Notes: generated from the letters alone by a model not told the origin. A stretch of DNA of 50,524 bases from Octopus bimaculoides (GCF_001194135.2 NC_068992.1:14354615-14405138), one strand, 5' to 3'; shown: positions 26,882 to 37,945, numbered from the stretch's first letter. A program made the numbers and translations.

Positions 26882-27770
26882 GTGGGGTTGTCAGATAAAT
26901 TCGTTCGTTTCTTTCCAACGTTATTTGAATTAGCACGAAAAATATTGTTATTGCAGTTTTGAGTTCTTTGTATTGCCTTGATTTTTTTTTTTGTTTTGTG
27001 TATTTTTTTGTTTGTTTATTCTTTTTTTTTTATAGATCTGTTCGTCCTCTACAACTTTTGTTTGTCATTTTTTTATCTATGAATACATTTTTACCTCCTT
27101 CAGACATATAATGATGGAAGGCCAAGTAGAAAAGTGAAAACAAAAGAGCATTTACGATACCTGTTTCTCCTCGCTTTCAGTTAAGTTTCCAAAGCTGCCA
27201 AAGAGTTCGAAACAATACAAGTTGAATTCTTTAGGCCAAAATAAGTCGACTTATACACCAAGATGACTTTGGAGGCCCAAACATTCCATATGAACTGTAG
27301 CAGATTTCGGAAAGATAGTGACCACGTTTGAATATTTACACATGCTTAAAGAATATACTATGTTGACTTCCCGAAAATACGATGTTGACGTAACTTAAAC
27401 AAAACACAAGCGTGTGACCTTCATAGATTTAAACAATAGTCAACATTTGTTTGCAATGAATTTCTTGTTTGTGTCTCTCTCAAGAAATTTGGCGTCTGAT
27501 TAATTGAAATTATTTCATAGAATTACAAGTTTATTCAGTATTTAGTTTAGTCTCTTTATAATGTAAGTTCTAATCTTATCTGGTTGTCTTTTTTTTTTCT
27601 TAACTTTAAACTTCGCAAAATCGAGAAAATCGTGTCGCTTTAACCAATTACACAAAACTCTAACACTACATTGATGAGAAAAGAGATCCTTTTTAAAAAA
27701 AAATAGAAAACATACCAAAATACACTCAGGAAACCCATCTACGGATAAAATGTATATTTTCACAAATATA

Positions 27771-28464
27771 ATGAGTCTATGTGCATTGAACTGAAGGAAG
27801 CAAAAACGTTTGGAAGTGCTTTCTTGTCAGAGACAGTCACATTGCGAAACGTCATTATTCTCTTCTCACGACAAACGAATTTATTCTGTTCCATTTCGTA
27901 AACATTCATTGAATTGATTTCTACCAAAATAGATGGCCATTATTTTATTTAAATTCTAATATTTCACCGTGTTGTAAATATATCCATCCAACAACTTATA
28001 TAGAAAAGATCCATAGAGTAAAGATATCAGTTTATCCACTTTTATCTTCACCTTTTNNNNNNNNNNNNNNNNNNNNNNNNNNNNNNNNCTCAGCAATCTG
28101 TCCGGTGTTTTACTGCTGGGTTTTCCTCGCCTACAAACAATAAACTATTTTGTTAGATCAATTGGATCTTAACACAACCTAGAGATGGCTTCAGTCGATA
28201 GCAATAAAGAACTTTATCTCTAAGCAGTCCGTAGAGTCTTTTACTGCTACGAATTCCTTCGATGCTCAATTTGGCACATGATTTACATCAAGTTTGACAA
28301 GGACTGGAAAAAAAGTGTAAACTATTATGAAAGATTTTGGTATTATTTACAGAAGAGCATGAATAAAAGTGTGATTGAATAGAGAATGTGTTATATGAAT
28401 GTTATATATGATTCTAGTGCTGACGTTATTATTGTTGTTTAGTATCGAAACTATACTGGCCAAA
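27771..28464 (-). repeat. Near-identical inverted duplicate of 10757-11623
   Basis: Reverse-complement identity; gap at the homologous position. Confidence 0.95.
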
Positions 28465-28513
28465 AGGTGTGTGATAAAATATTCCATACTGATATTTTAG
28501 AATATCTTTTAGA

Positions 28514-28842
28514 TTTTACTTGTTTCAGTCATTAGAGTGCGGCCAGGCTGGAGCACCGCCTTCAAGAATTTTAGTCGAATAAATTGACCCCAGTATTTAG
28601 TTTTTTTTTTAAACCTTGGTGCTTATTTTATCGGTCTCTTTTGCCCAACCGCTACGCTATTGTGACGTAAACACCAGCACCGGTTGTCAAGTGGTGGTGG
28701 TGGTGGTGGACACGTACACACACACACACACGTGTGTGTGTGTGTGTGTGCGTTTGTGTAAATATACATACACATAAACAACGGGCTTCTGTTAGTTTCC
28801 GTCTGCCAAATCCACTCACAAGGCCTTAATCTGCCCGAGGCT
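28514..28842 (-). mobile_element. SINE family A (5'-truncated)
   Basis: tacttgtttcagtcattagagtgcggcc...aaatccactcacaaggcc. Confidence 0.9.
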
Positions 28843-29168
28843 TCTTATGAAAAACAGGGCCGATTTGAGGGCTTCTGACCCTGAAGAACTGAAGAAAATA
28901 AAAAGACAGATAAAAAGCTGTTGTGAAGAACAACAGAGGAAGCAACAATAGCAACAGACTCCTAACCCTATGGCTTGCACTATTTCAAACAGATGGCAAA
29001 ATAGAAAACAGACAAATGGATATTGCTGCTAAGGAAACGGACAACACGTGCGACTTCTGGTATGTCGGTAATGGAGGCACACGATTGGCTAAAATTTCAA
29101 ATTTTAAAGCTTTGTAACTATTTTTATAAATTTCTGTCAAAAATGAATGTGATTTTCGTCATTATCAG

Positions 29169-29245
29169 GTTTAAACTACATCAATGTAGAAAATATGAAT
29201 GAAATCAGGCAGTACGAACGAAACTTCAAAGATCCAAATGTTCCG
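29169..29245 (+). CDS. Candidate internal coding exon (77 nt, phase 1 to 0) of an unidentified gene; peptide xG-LNYINVENMNEIRQYERNFKDPNVP
   Basis: Acceptor ttttcgtcattatcAG, strong donor CCG|GTGAGT, only one of three frames open, not microsatellite or recognised TE sequence. No homologue recognised. Confidence 0.45.
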
Positions 29246-29457
29246 GTGAGTAAATAGATAAATTTATTGGCAAAGACTCAAACCGAAAACAAAGTCGTAA
29301 TAAAGTGGACTCTCAGGATTGATCCGAAGATCCCGAGATTTGTAGTGAGATAATTCCTATGCATTCCCTTGCACCTACTCGCTTTTAGACTCTGAAACGA
29401 AATACATTCTCAAATATCTCGATTCTTGTTGCAACAAGACCTAAGTTTTAAAACTCT

Positions 29458-29495
<38 letters not shown>

Positions 29496-29500
29496 CATAT

Positions 29501-29575
<75 letters not shown>

Positions 29576-30184
29576 TCACTGGGAGAACGAAATGGGAAAC
29601 TTTGGACAAATAAAAGCATAAAATTACTTTACTACAGACACGACAACTGGGATTGAAATCAAATCATCGGAACGAAACAAGGGAAACTGTTGGTGGACAA
29701 TGGTAGGTGAGGTTGGTTTGTGCTTTCAGAAATTAGAGATAAATAAACTGGAAGAAACGTACAGCAGGTATTGGAACCGATACGCGTTGATTAATAGTCA
29801 AATGATTTTCTATTGAGTTGTGTTTGTTCTTCCTTTGTGGTAATGACGTTGGAGATTTGCCGTCTTCACCATAGAATAAACACGACACTAAAATAAGACA
29901 GAACAAATCTGATTTCCTTCATTTTTTTTTTTTTTATATATATATTATTACTTTGATTTTTGTTGTTGATATTGATGTTGTTTTGGGATAACTTTCTGAA
30001 ATAGAAATTTAGTGACAACTATGTTTGATACAGTGGTATGGGAGTTACTATAAATTATTAACGAGCATATAAGAGCTACAAAAAAGTGTCTCGATTGGCT
30101 ATATTAACGATACAGAAAAATCGCTTAGAATATTTTTCAAAGAATATTTTACTAATTAAAAGATTTCTTTAATTAATAATAACG

Positions 30185-30400
30185 GTTTCAACTTTTGGTA
30201 CAAGGCCGGCAAATCTTAGGGGAGGGTATAAGTTAAGTCGATTACATCGACACCCTTCCACCCCAGTGTTCCATTTGTACTTATTTTATTGGCCCTGAAA
30301 GAATGAATGGCAAAGTCGACCTCGGTGGAATTTGAACTCAAGACGTAATGCCAGAAGAAATGCTTCGCAGCATTTCTAACTATTCTGCCAACTCGCAGCC
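30185..30400 (-). mobile_element. SINE family B
   Basis: aagtcgattacatcgac...aaagtcgacctcggtggaatttgaactca...ctgccaactcgc. Confidence 0.9.
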
Positions 30401-30404
30401 TCTC

Positions 30405-30539
30405 TTTATTTTGTTTTACTTGTTTCAGTTATTTGACTGCGGCCATGCTGGAACACCGCCTTTAGTCAAACAAATCAACCCCAGGACTTATTCTTTGTAA
30501 GCCTCGTACTTATTATATTGGTCTTTTTTGCCGAATCGC
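30405..30539 (-). mobile_element. SINE family A 3' part (chimera tail)
   Basis: tgtttcagttatttgactgcggccatgctgg...gtcttttttgccgaatcgc. Confidence 0.9.
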
Positions 30540-31140
30540 CAAACCCTGGAGGTACGTCTCCCAAGGTACACGGCTAGAAGCACCACCTCGTCTGTCTTCA
30601 GCAGTGTGGCCGAGTACAGTCTGGCAGTTATTATCTCCTTAAACGGCACCTCCACCGTTCCATATTTTCGTCCTCTGGCAAGGTATGATATCTCCTGCCA
30701 GACTGATCTCAGTGCCTTTTCCACCTGTGCCTCCGACACCACTTCTATTTTCCTTGTTGCTGTAGCGTAGGTTCTTTAAACAATCGTCCTTTCTTCCTTG
30801 TACTTTAATACTTTTGAGGGGAACATCTTCACATCGTTTCCCTCCCTTTCAAGCATTCCCTTGAACTCGCTCAACTCTTCCAGATTCACTTCTTCAGTTT
30901 TTTCTCCAGCCACCACTGCATAATTCCTCTTCTCCATCTCTTTGTTTATCTTGTTTAAATATTCAACTAATTCCTCCTCAGACGAGGACTGGAAAAAAGG
31001 ATTCTGGGGAAGAATACTTTAGCTTCTCCCAACTTCTCGCTCGACGCCCATCCATTACACAAGAGGAAAAACGTCGCACAGCCAAAAAAACACGTCGATC
31101 TCACACAAATCCAACAAAACAAATGAATTACGGCAAACCG
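30540..31140 (-). mobile_element. 5' UTR plus decayed ORF1/gag-like region of a non-LTR retrotransposon (Tx1/L1-like by inference)
   Basis: Long frame NYAVVAGEKTEEVNLEELSEFKGMLE...ERTIV*RTYATATRKIEVVSEAQVEKALRSVWQEISYLARGRKYGTVEVPFK...YLGRRTSRV, with one in-frame stop and an upstream frameshift; purine-rich coding-like composition. Confidence 0.6.
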
Positions 31141-31680
31141 GAAGCAAGCAAATTACCACACAGCCACTCAATAACAACGATTTTTAAAAATTACTTATTT
31201 ATAAGCATGCGAACAAACTAAATTAGCTGAGTTGCTAGAGCATCGGACAAAATACCTAGCGGTATTTATTCTTACTTCTTACGTTCTGAGTTCAAACTCG
31301 ACTTTCGTGCTGCCGAGTTCGAAAATTAAAGTACAATTGGAGGTCGATGAGTTGGCGGAATCGTTCGTGTCAGATGATACGCCTTGTAGTGCCGGTCCTA
31401 CGTTCAATTCTCACCTCTCACCACAACCTACATATGTAGCGGACTTAATTCGTCACCCCACCCGTTTTAGCACGACCGACTTGCATCTTGGGTACCTTTG
31501 GTGGAGTTCAGTCTGCTGCAAGCATTTTTCCCTTTTCTGCCAGAAATCTCGGAAACCCTTTAAAAGACCCTGGCCACTGCCCTTCACACATGACTAAAAA
31601 AAATTTTAATTATATAATAGCAGCGAATTTCCACGAAACTCTCGGCTTTTGAGTCACTCTGTAACTAAAAATTAATAATA

Positions 31681-31750
31681 CAGGGTGTTCAAAAAGTTTC
31701 TCTGCAGTGATTTTTTTTTATCCTGCGCATGTGCAACTTGGCTATCACTG
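31681..31750 (+). mobile_element. Tc1/mariner-type left terminus running into a gap
   Basis: TA|CAGGGTGTTCAAAAAGTT is a typical Tc1/mariner TIR start after a TA target; the other end is not visible. Confidence 0.5.
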
Positions 31751-32925
31751 NNNNNNNNNNNNNNNNNNNNNNNNNNNNNNNNNNNNNNNNNNNNNNNNNN
31801 NNNNNNNNNNNNNNNNNNNNNNNNNNNNNNNNNNNNNNNNNNNNNNNNNNNNNNNNNNNNNNNNNNNNNNNNNNNNNNNNNNNNNNNNNNNNNNNNNNNN
31901 NNNNNNNNNNNNNNNNNNNNNNNNNNNNNNNNNNNNNNNNNNNNNNNNNNNNNNNNNNNNNNNNNNNNNNNNNNNNNNNNNNNNNNNNNNNNNNNNNNNN
32001 NNNNNNNNNNNNNNNNNNNNNNNNNNNNNNNNNNNNNNNNNNNNNNNNNNNNNNNNNNNNNNNNNNNNNNNNNNNNNNNNNNNNNNNNNNNNNNNNNNNN
32101 NNNNNNNNNNNNNNNNNNNNNNNNNNNNNNNNNNNNNNNNNNNNNNNNNNNNNNNNNNNNNNNNNNNNNNNNNNNNNNNNNNNNNNNNNNNNNNNNNNNN
32201 NNNNNNNNNNNNNNNNNNNNNNNNNNNNNNNNNNNNNNNNNNNNNNNNNNNNNNNNNNNNNNNNNNNNNNNNNNNNNNNNNNNNNNNNNNNNNNNNNNNN
32301 NNNNNNNNNNNNNNNNNNNNNNNNNNNNNNNNNNNNNNNNNNNNNNNNNNNNNNNNNNNNNNNNNNNNNNNNNNNNNNNNNNNNNNNNNNNNNNNNNNNN
32401 NNNNNNNNNNNNNNNNNNNNNNNNNNNNNNNNNNNNNNNNNNNNNNNNNNNNNNNNNNNNNNNNNNNNNNNNNNNNNNNNNNNNNNNNNNNNNNNNNNNN
32501 NNNNNNNNNNNNNNNNNNNNNNNNNNNNNNNNNNNNNNNNNNNNNNNNNNNNNNNNNNNNNNNNNNNNNNNNNNNNNNNNNNNNNNNNNNNNNNNNNNNN
32601 NNNNNNNNNNNNNNNNNNNNNNNNNNNNNNNNNNNNNNNNNNNNNNNNNNNNNNNNNNNNNNNNNNNNNNNNNNNNNNNNNNNNNNNNNNNNNNNNNNNN
32701 NNNNNNNNNNNNNNNNNNNNNNNNNNNNNNNNCTTAACGATTTCATAAGAGGTAAACGACATCATTTTTCTCTATTTTAGTCGTATTACAAAAAAGAAAA
32801 AAAGAAGAAAGAAAAAGTGAAAACGTTATTGAATATTTTTCAAGCAATACTTTACTAATCAAACATAACAATTTATATTTGAAGTAAATGAAAGCTATTT
32901 AATGGCAAACCAAACAGAAACCACT

Positions 32926-32980
<55 letters not shown>

Positions 32981-33066
32981 AAAGGAAGGAAGGAATGTTG
33001 TAAAAGGAATGAGGTGGACATCTCTCCTGTTGGATTTGAGTCGGCTTATCGTGGTTTATTGTAAGA

Positions 33067-34341
33067 CTAGCAGTATAACCCGGCGCTGCTCGGGATTAAG
33101 CTACGATTATTAAATGATTAAGTCCTTTATTTCAAACCAAAATAAGTAACATCGACATCAGATTTGAGCGAAATCCGTTGAAATTGGTTTGGCTGAAAAT
33201 GGTTTGCTGGCAATTTGATTGGGAAATCCCATAAGGAATCAGTTTATTGGTTATTTTCACTTATTGACTCTTTTTTTAAATATTGCATTAGAGATCTGCA
33301 TAGGAGAAGGTTGATCTGAAGGTTTGCATTGGGGATCTGGATTGGAGTAACTTAGGAAAGCTTACCAACAACCTTAACCAAAAAATAAGGAGCCTGTCCC
33401 TTCTATGTTAACTGTAACCCTAACCCTAACTCTGACCCTAAAACCGTAACCCTNNNNNNNNNNNNNNNNNNNNNNNNNNNNNNNNNNNNNNNNNNNNNNN
33501 NNNNNNNNNNNNNNNNNNNNNNNNNNNNNNNNNNNNNNNNNNNNNNNNNNNNNNNNNNNNNNNNNNNNNNNNNNNNNNNNNNNNNNNNNNNNNNNNNNNN
33601 NNNNNNNNNNNNNNNNNNNNNNNNNNNNNNNNNNNNNNNNNNNNNNNNNNNNNNNNNNNNNNNNNNNNNNNNNNNNNNNNNNNNNNNNNNNNNNNNNNNN
33701 NNNNNNNNNNNNNNNNNNNNNNNNNNNNNNNNNNNNNNNNNNNNNNNNNNNNNNNNNNNNNNNNNNNNNNNNNNNNNNNNNNNNNNNNNNNNNNNNNNNN
33801 NNNNNNNNNNNNNNNNNNNNNNNNNNNNNNNNNNNNNNNNNNNNNNNNNNNNNNNNNNNNNNNNNNNNNNNNNNNNNNNNNNNNNNNNNNNNNNNNNNNN
33901 NNNNNNNNNNNNNNNNNNNNNNNNNNNNNNNNNNNNNNNNNNNNNNNNNNNNNNNNNNNNNNNNNNNNNNNNNNNNNNNNNNNNNNNNNNNNNNNNNNNN
34001 NNNNNNNNNNNNNNNNNNNNNNNNNNTTCTTTCTCCCTCTCTTTCTTTCTTTCTCCCTCTCTTTCTTTCTTTCTCTCTCTCTTGCTCTCTCTCTCTTCTT
34101 CACGCGCGTACGCACAGATTTGACTTCGCCATGTCAACAAACTTCAAAATTGGTAAAAGTTTATCGATTTTTACAGCTTATACGCGGGTGCCTCTGTGAG
34201 AAATATTTGATAAAAACACAGATAGGGTCATGAACAATGTCCTCCTAAAATTGGAGCGACATGCGTGCTAATTTGTGGACGTGCATAACCCACATCACGT
34301 ACACACACACACACACACATCTTGTATTTTATAGATATTGA
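33067..34341 (-). mobile_element. Non-autonomous Helitron (gap inside)
   Basis: On the minus strand: 5' A|TCAATATCTATAAAA, 3' GC hairpin CCCGAGCAGCGCCGGG, 8 nt, then CTAG|T; inserted in an AT site; near-identical copy at 46566-47687. Confidence 0.9.
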
Positions 34342-34476
34342 TAATGCAATTTCTTTAATTTAGCAATGACGTGGGATGAGTGATTGAGGACGTCGAAGAT
34401 GGAGCTCTTAGTTAAGTTTTACTGTATTTTCAGTTTAAATTATACTATAGCTGACTTTTGCCTTTCATCAACATAT

Positions 34477-34517
<41 letters not shown>

Positions 34518-34527
34518 NNNNNNNNNN

Positions 34528-34838
34528 TATCGACTCCGAAAGGATGAAAGGCAAAGTCGACCTCGGCGGAATATGAAATCAGAACGTATAGACAGACGAC
34601 ATACCGCTAAGCATTTCGCTCAACGTGCTAACGTTTCTTATTTCTTTATTGCCCACAAAGGGATTAAGTCGATTACATCGACCCCAGTGCGTAACTGGTA
34701 CTTAATTTATCGACTCCGAAAGGATAAAAAAAGGCTAAGTCGACCTTGGTGGAATTTGAACCCAGAATGTAACGGCAGACGAAATACTGCTAAGCTTTTC
34801 GCCCGGCGTGCTAACGTTTCTGGCAGCTCGCCGCCTTT
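34528..34838 (-). mobile_element. Two tandem SINE family B copies
   Basis: Repeated gaaaggat.aaaggc.aagtcgacct.gg.ggaat.tgaa...gtgctaacgtttct blocks. Confidence 0.9.
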
Positions 34839-35566
34839 GAAAGCAATAATGAAGAAACCGTTATTGTTGTAATTAACGATGGAATAACAACAATACTGAA
34901 GAAGAAAACATAAAGGGGAAAAAGCACAGATTCGAGAAAGGAACGTAGCAGAGAAATTCCTGAAAGATCAATCAAATATTGGTTTGAAATGCTGGCACAA
35001 GGCCAACAAATTCTGGAGAGAGAGAGAGAGAGGAGGTCGATAACATCGATCACAGATGCTGCCTTTGGCGAGCAACACTTGTGATCGGTTAATGCAGCTG
35101 TTTGGTGCAGTTTCGATAATCACAACACCTTAAGCCCTTTCCTTCTAGACTAAGAAAAATAGTCCCGTAATTTGCGTCAATTAAGAAGGGTCATGCGGCC
35201 GATAACACTTCAGAAACCGAGCTGAAAAGGGGCTGAAAAGGGCTGATTGAGCGCTGGTAACAATTGCTAATATGCTTATTTATGATTGTATGCGTGCTGA
35301 GCATTGGGTCGACGTGGTGGACTAGCCTCCTAACCCCGCCCCCAATTTCTACCCCCTTGTGCTTATAATAGAAAGGCTTATTACATTGATTTCTTGTTAA
35401 TTTTCTTTGTCATATGAGATCTTAATCCTGGATGTATTCTTTCAGGCAAAACATTATTGTTTAGTTATTTATGTTGTGTTTTTAGAAAAACACTCCGAAT
35501 TCTATGGGAATAAAGTCATATTAAAAAACAAATAACAATAATCAATATAAAAGCAAGTATATTTTG

Positions 35567-35573
35567 TTTAAAT
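35567..35573 (+). promoter_or_regulatory. TATA-like upstream element (TTTAAAT, -35..-29) of tRNA-Cys
   Basis: Same motif and spacing at the other tRNA-Cys copies. Confidence 0.65.
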
Positions 35574-35601
35574 GAGTATCTTTGGTAAAACCGGATACGG
35601 T

Positions 35602-35673
35602 GGGGATATAGCTCAGTGGTAGAGCATTCGACTGCAGATCGAGAGGTCCCCTGTTCAAACCCGGGTGTCCCCT
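35602..35673 (+). tRNA. tRNA-Cys-GCA: tRNA-Cys (anticodon GCA), with a U52-C62 mismatch in the T stem
   Basis: GGGGATATAGCTCAGTGGTAGAGCATTCGACTGCAGATCGAGAGGTCCCCTGTTCAAACCCGGGTGTCCCCT; cloverleaf, U73 discriminator, T5 terminator at 35683-35687. Confidence 0.93.
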
Positions 35674-35682
35674 TCAACTTTA

Positions 35683-35687
35683 TTTTT
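35683..35687 (+). terminator. Pol III oligo-T terminator
   Basis: TTTTT about 10 nt downstream of the tRNA. Confidence 0.75.
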
Positions 35688-36059
35688 GTTGTTTGTTTTT
35701 TTTTTCCGTTTTAGCTGAAATTTGTATTTCAAACTTATGAAAATAACCTGTAAAAATGCTTCTCAGCATTTCTTCCGACCTGACGTATTAAGTCCAAATT
35801 CGGCCAAAGGCGAGTTCGTGGGAAGGAGGTGGTCCATTACATTAACGCCAATGCTCAGCTGGTATTTATTTCACTGACCCCTAAACGATGAAAAGCAAAC
35901 TCGCCTTCCGCGGAATTTGGGCTTAATACATCAAGTCGGAATAAATGCTGAGAATTATTTTCCCTGATCTGCAATCAAAATCAGATTTTCATGTTTGAAA
36001 TAAAAATTTCGTTTTGGTGATAGCAACAGATCGCCGAACAAAATCAAGACACAAATCCT

Positions 36060-36240
36060 GGAGAGCTGGCAGAATCGTTAGCCCCTTGTGGGCAATAAAG
36101 AAATAAGAATCGTTAAGACGCCAGATATGAAGCTTAGCTGCATTTCTTCCAGTTTGACGTTCTGGGTTCAAGTAAAGTTCTATGCTCGATGTAGTCGTTT
36201 TGTCCACCCCCGACTCAAAATTACTGGCATTGGGTTAAAA
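36060..36240 (+). mobile_element. SINE family B with a SINE-B tail fragment inserted in its head
   Basis: gagctggcagaatcgttagc-[ccttgtgggcaataaagaaataag]-aatcgttaagac... Confidence 0.75.
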
Positions 36241-36264
36241 TTTTGAAGGATAGTGCTATTAATA

Positions 36265-36609
36265 TTTTACTTGTTTCAGTTATTAGAATGCGGCCATGCT
36301 GGGGCACAGCTTTGAGAAATTTTATGCGAATTAATCGGCCCGAAATGTATTTTCTTTTTAGGCCTGGCTGTTATTTTATCAGTTTTTTTGCCAACCGCTA
36401 CGTTACATGGACGTAAACACGCCAACACCGGTTGTCAAGCGGCAGAGGGGGGAAAACACAAACACACAGAGACACACACACGCAATTATATATATATACG
36501 ACGGGCTTCTTTGAGTTTCCATCTGTCAAATACACTCACAAGGCTTTGACCGGCCCGAGGCTATAGTAGAAGACACTCGCCCGGAACCATGTGGTTGGGA
36601 TACAAGCTT
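36265..36609 (-). mobile_element. SINE family A (head partly deleted)
   Basis: Reverse-complement match to family A. Confidence 0.9.
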
Positions 36610-37560
36610 CATAATGTACGCCATCCAAAATGTATCGATGGAAAATTTCATTAAAAATATAAGCACAAGCATTTTGAAGAAAGTTAGGGAGAAACAAAAT
36701 GGACGGGCATAGTTTTGTAATTATGCCAAATTGTGAAAACGCATGTCTATATGTAAAAAATATTTGTATCATGTGAATATGAAACAAAGCAATGTTCAAC
36801 TGTTCCTCATTTAGTTTTTCAGTCTTTCGGCGCGAAGTGTACGTATCGTTACGTATTCATTATTTCTGAGAGTGCATTTATTTTGTGTGGAGCGAAACAC
36901 ATAATTTATTGTGAGCAATACAACTCAATAGGAAATATAAAAACATTTGCTGATAATGTTAGTGAGAATTTACGTGAGATACAGAACATGGGCACAGGCG
37001 TTTTTCTATCTTCTATTGAGTTGTATTTCGCACAATAAATTATGTGTTTCGTTCCACACAAAATAAATGCACTCTCAGATATAATGAATACGTAATGATA
37101 CGTACATTTCGCGCTGAAAGACTGAAAAACTGAAAGAGAAACAGTTGAGCGTCGTTTTGTTTCATATTCATACGATACAAATATTTTTTTTACATATATT
37201 GGGTTGTCCGGAATGTGCGTGCCGATTTATAGTAGCTTACCTTTTGACTTATTTGCCATGAAACCACCTCAATTCTGGGAAGAGGGTATTTTCAAGTTAA
37301 AGGAAAGATGGAGACGCATTGTGCAACAAAATGGTTCATATTTGGTTGATTAAAAATGTAATAGCAAGTATTTATTAACTTTTTTCTTTCCTTTCAAAAT
37401 CGGCACGAACTTTCCGGACAACCCAATAGATATGCGTTTTAACAATTTGGCATAATTACAAAATTATGCCCGTCGATTTTGTTTCTCCCTAACTTTCTTC
37501 AAAATGCTTATATTTTTAATGAAATTTTCCATCGATACATCTTGGATGGCGTATATTATG
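36610..37560. repeat. Long inverted repeat/palindrome: arms 36610-36931 and 37013-37560 (right arm carries a mariner MITE), ~80 bp spacer
   Basis: cataatgtacgccatcc...caactcaatag vs ctattgagttg...ggatggcgtatattatg; high identity by eye. Confidence 0.95.
37199..37426 (+). mobile_element. Internally deleted mariner (MITE), 228 bp, TA TSD
   Basis: TIRs TTGGGTTGTCCGGAAtGTgCGTGCCGATT / AATCGGCACGAACTTTCCGGACAACCCAA. 37252-37353 encodes FAMKPPQFWEEGIFKLKERWRRIVQQNGSYLVD* (mariner transposase C-terminus). The empty site is visible in the other arm. Confidence 0.95.
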
Positions 37561-37945
37561 CAGGTATGGCTTTGCTTCTGAACCGCATGGTTCCGAGTTC
37601 AGTCCTACTGCGAGACACTTTAGGCAAGTGTTTTTCTACTACAGCCTCGGGCCGACTAAAGCCTTGTGAATAGATTTGGTAGGCGCAAACTGAAAGAATC
37701 CCCTAATGTGTGTGTGTTTGTGTCGGTATTTGTTCCAGACCACAGCTTGACAACTGGTGTTAGTTTTTTTGTTGTTGTTTTTTTTTGTCCTCCAGTTAGC
37801 AGTTCGGTAAAAGATCCCGATATAATAAGTACCGGGCTTTAAAAAAATATAAATTCTAGGATCGATTCGTTCAACTAAAAATTCTTCAAAGCGTGCCCCA
37901 GCATGACCGCATTCTAATGACTGAAACAAGTAAAAGATAAAAGAA
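37561..37945 (+). mobile_element. SINE family A
   Basis: ccgcatggttccgagttcagtcc...ctaatgactgaaacaagtaaaagataaaa. Confidence 0.9.

Noticed and set aside
27290-27410. Expected tRNA-Cys remnant downstream of an upstream-element-like motif (cttaaacaaaa, ~27394) in the inverted flank
   Set aside because: No recognisable A box, anticodon arm or B box at the expected position.
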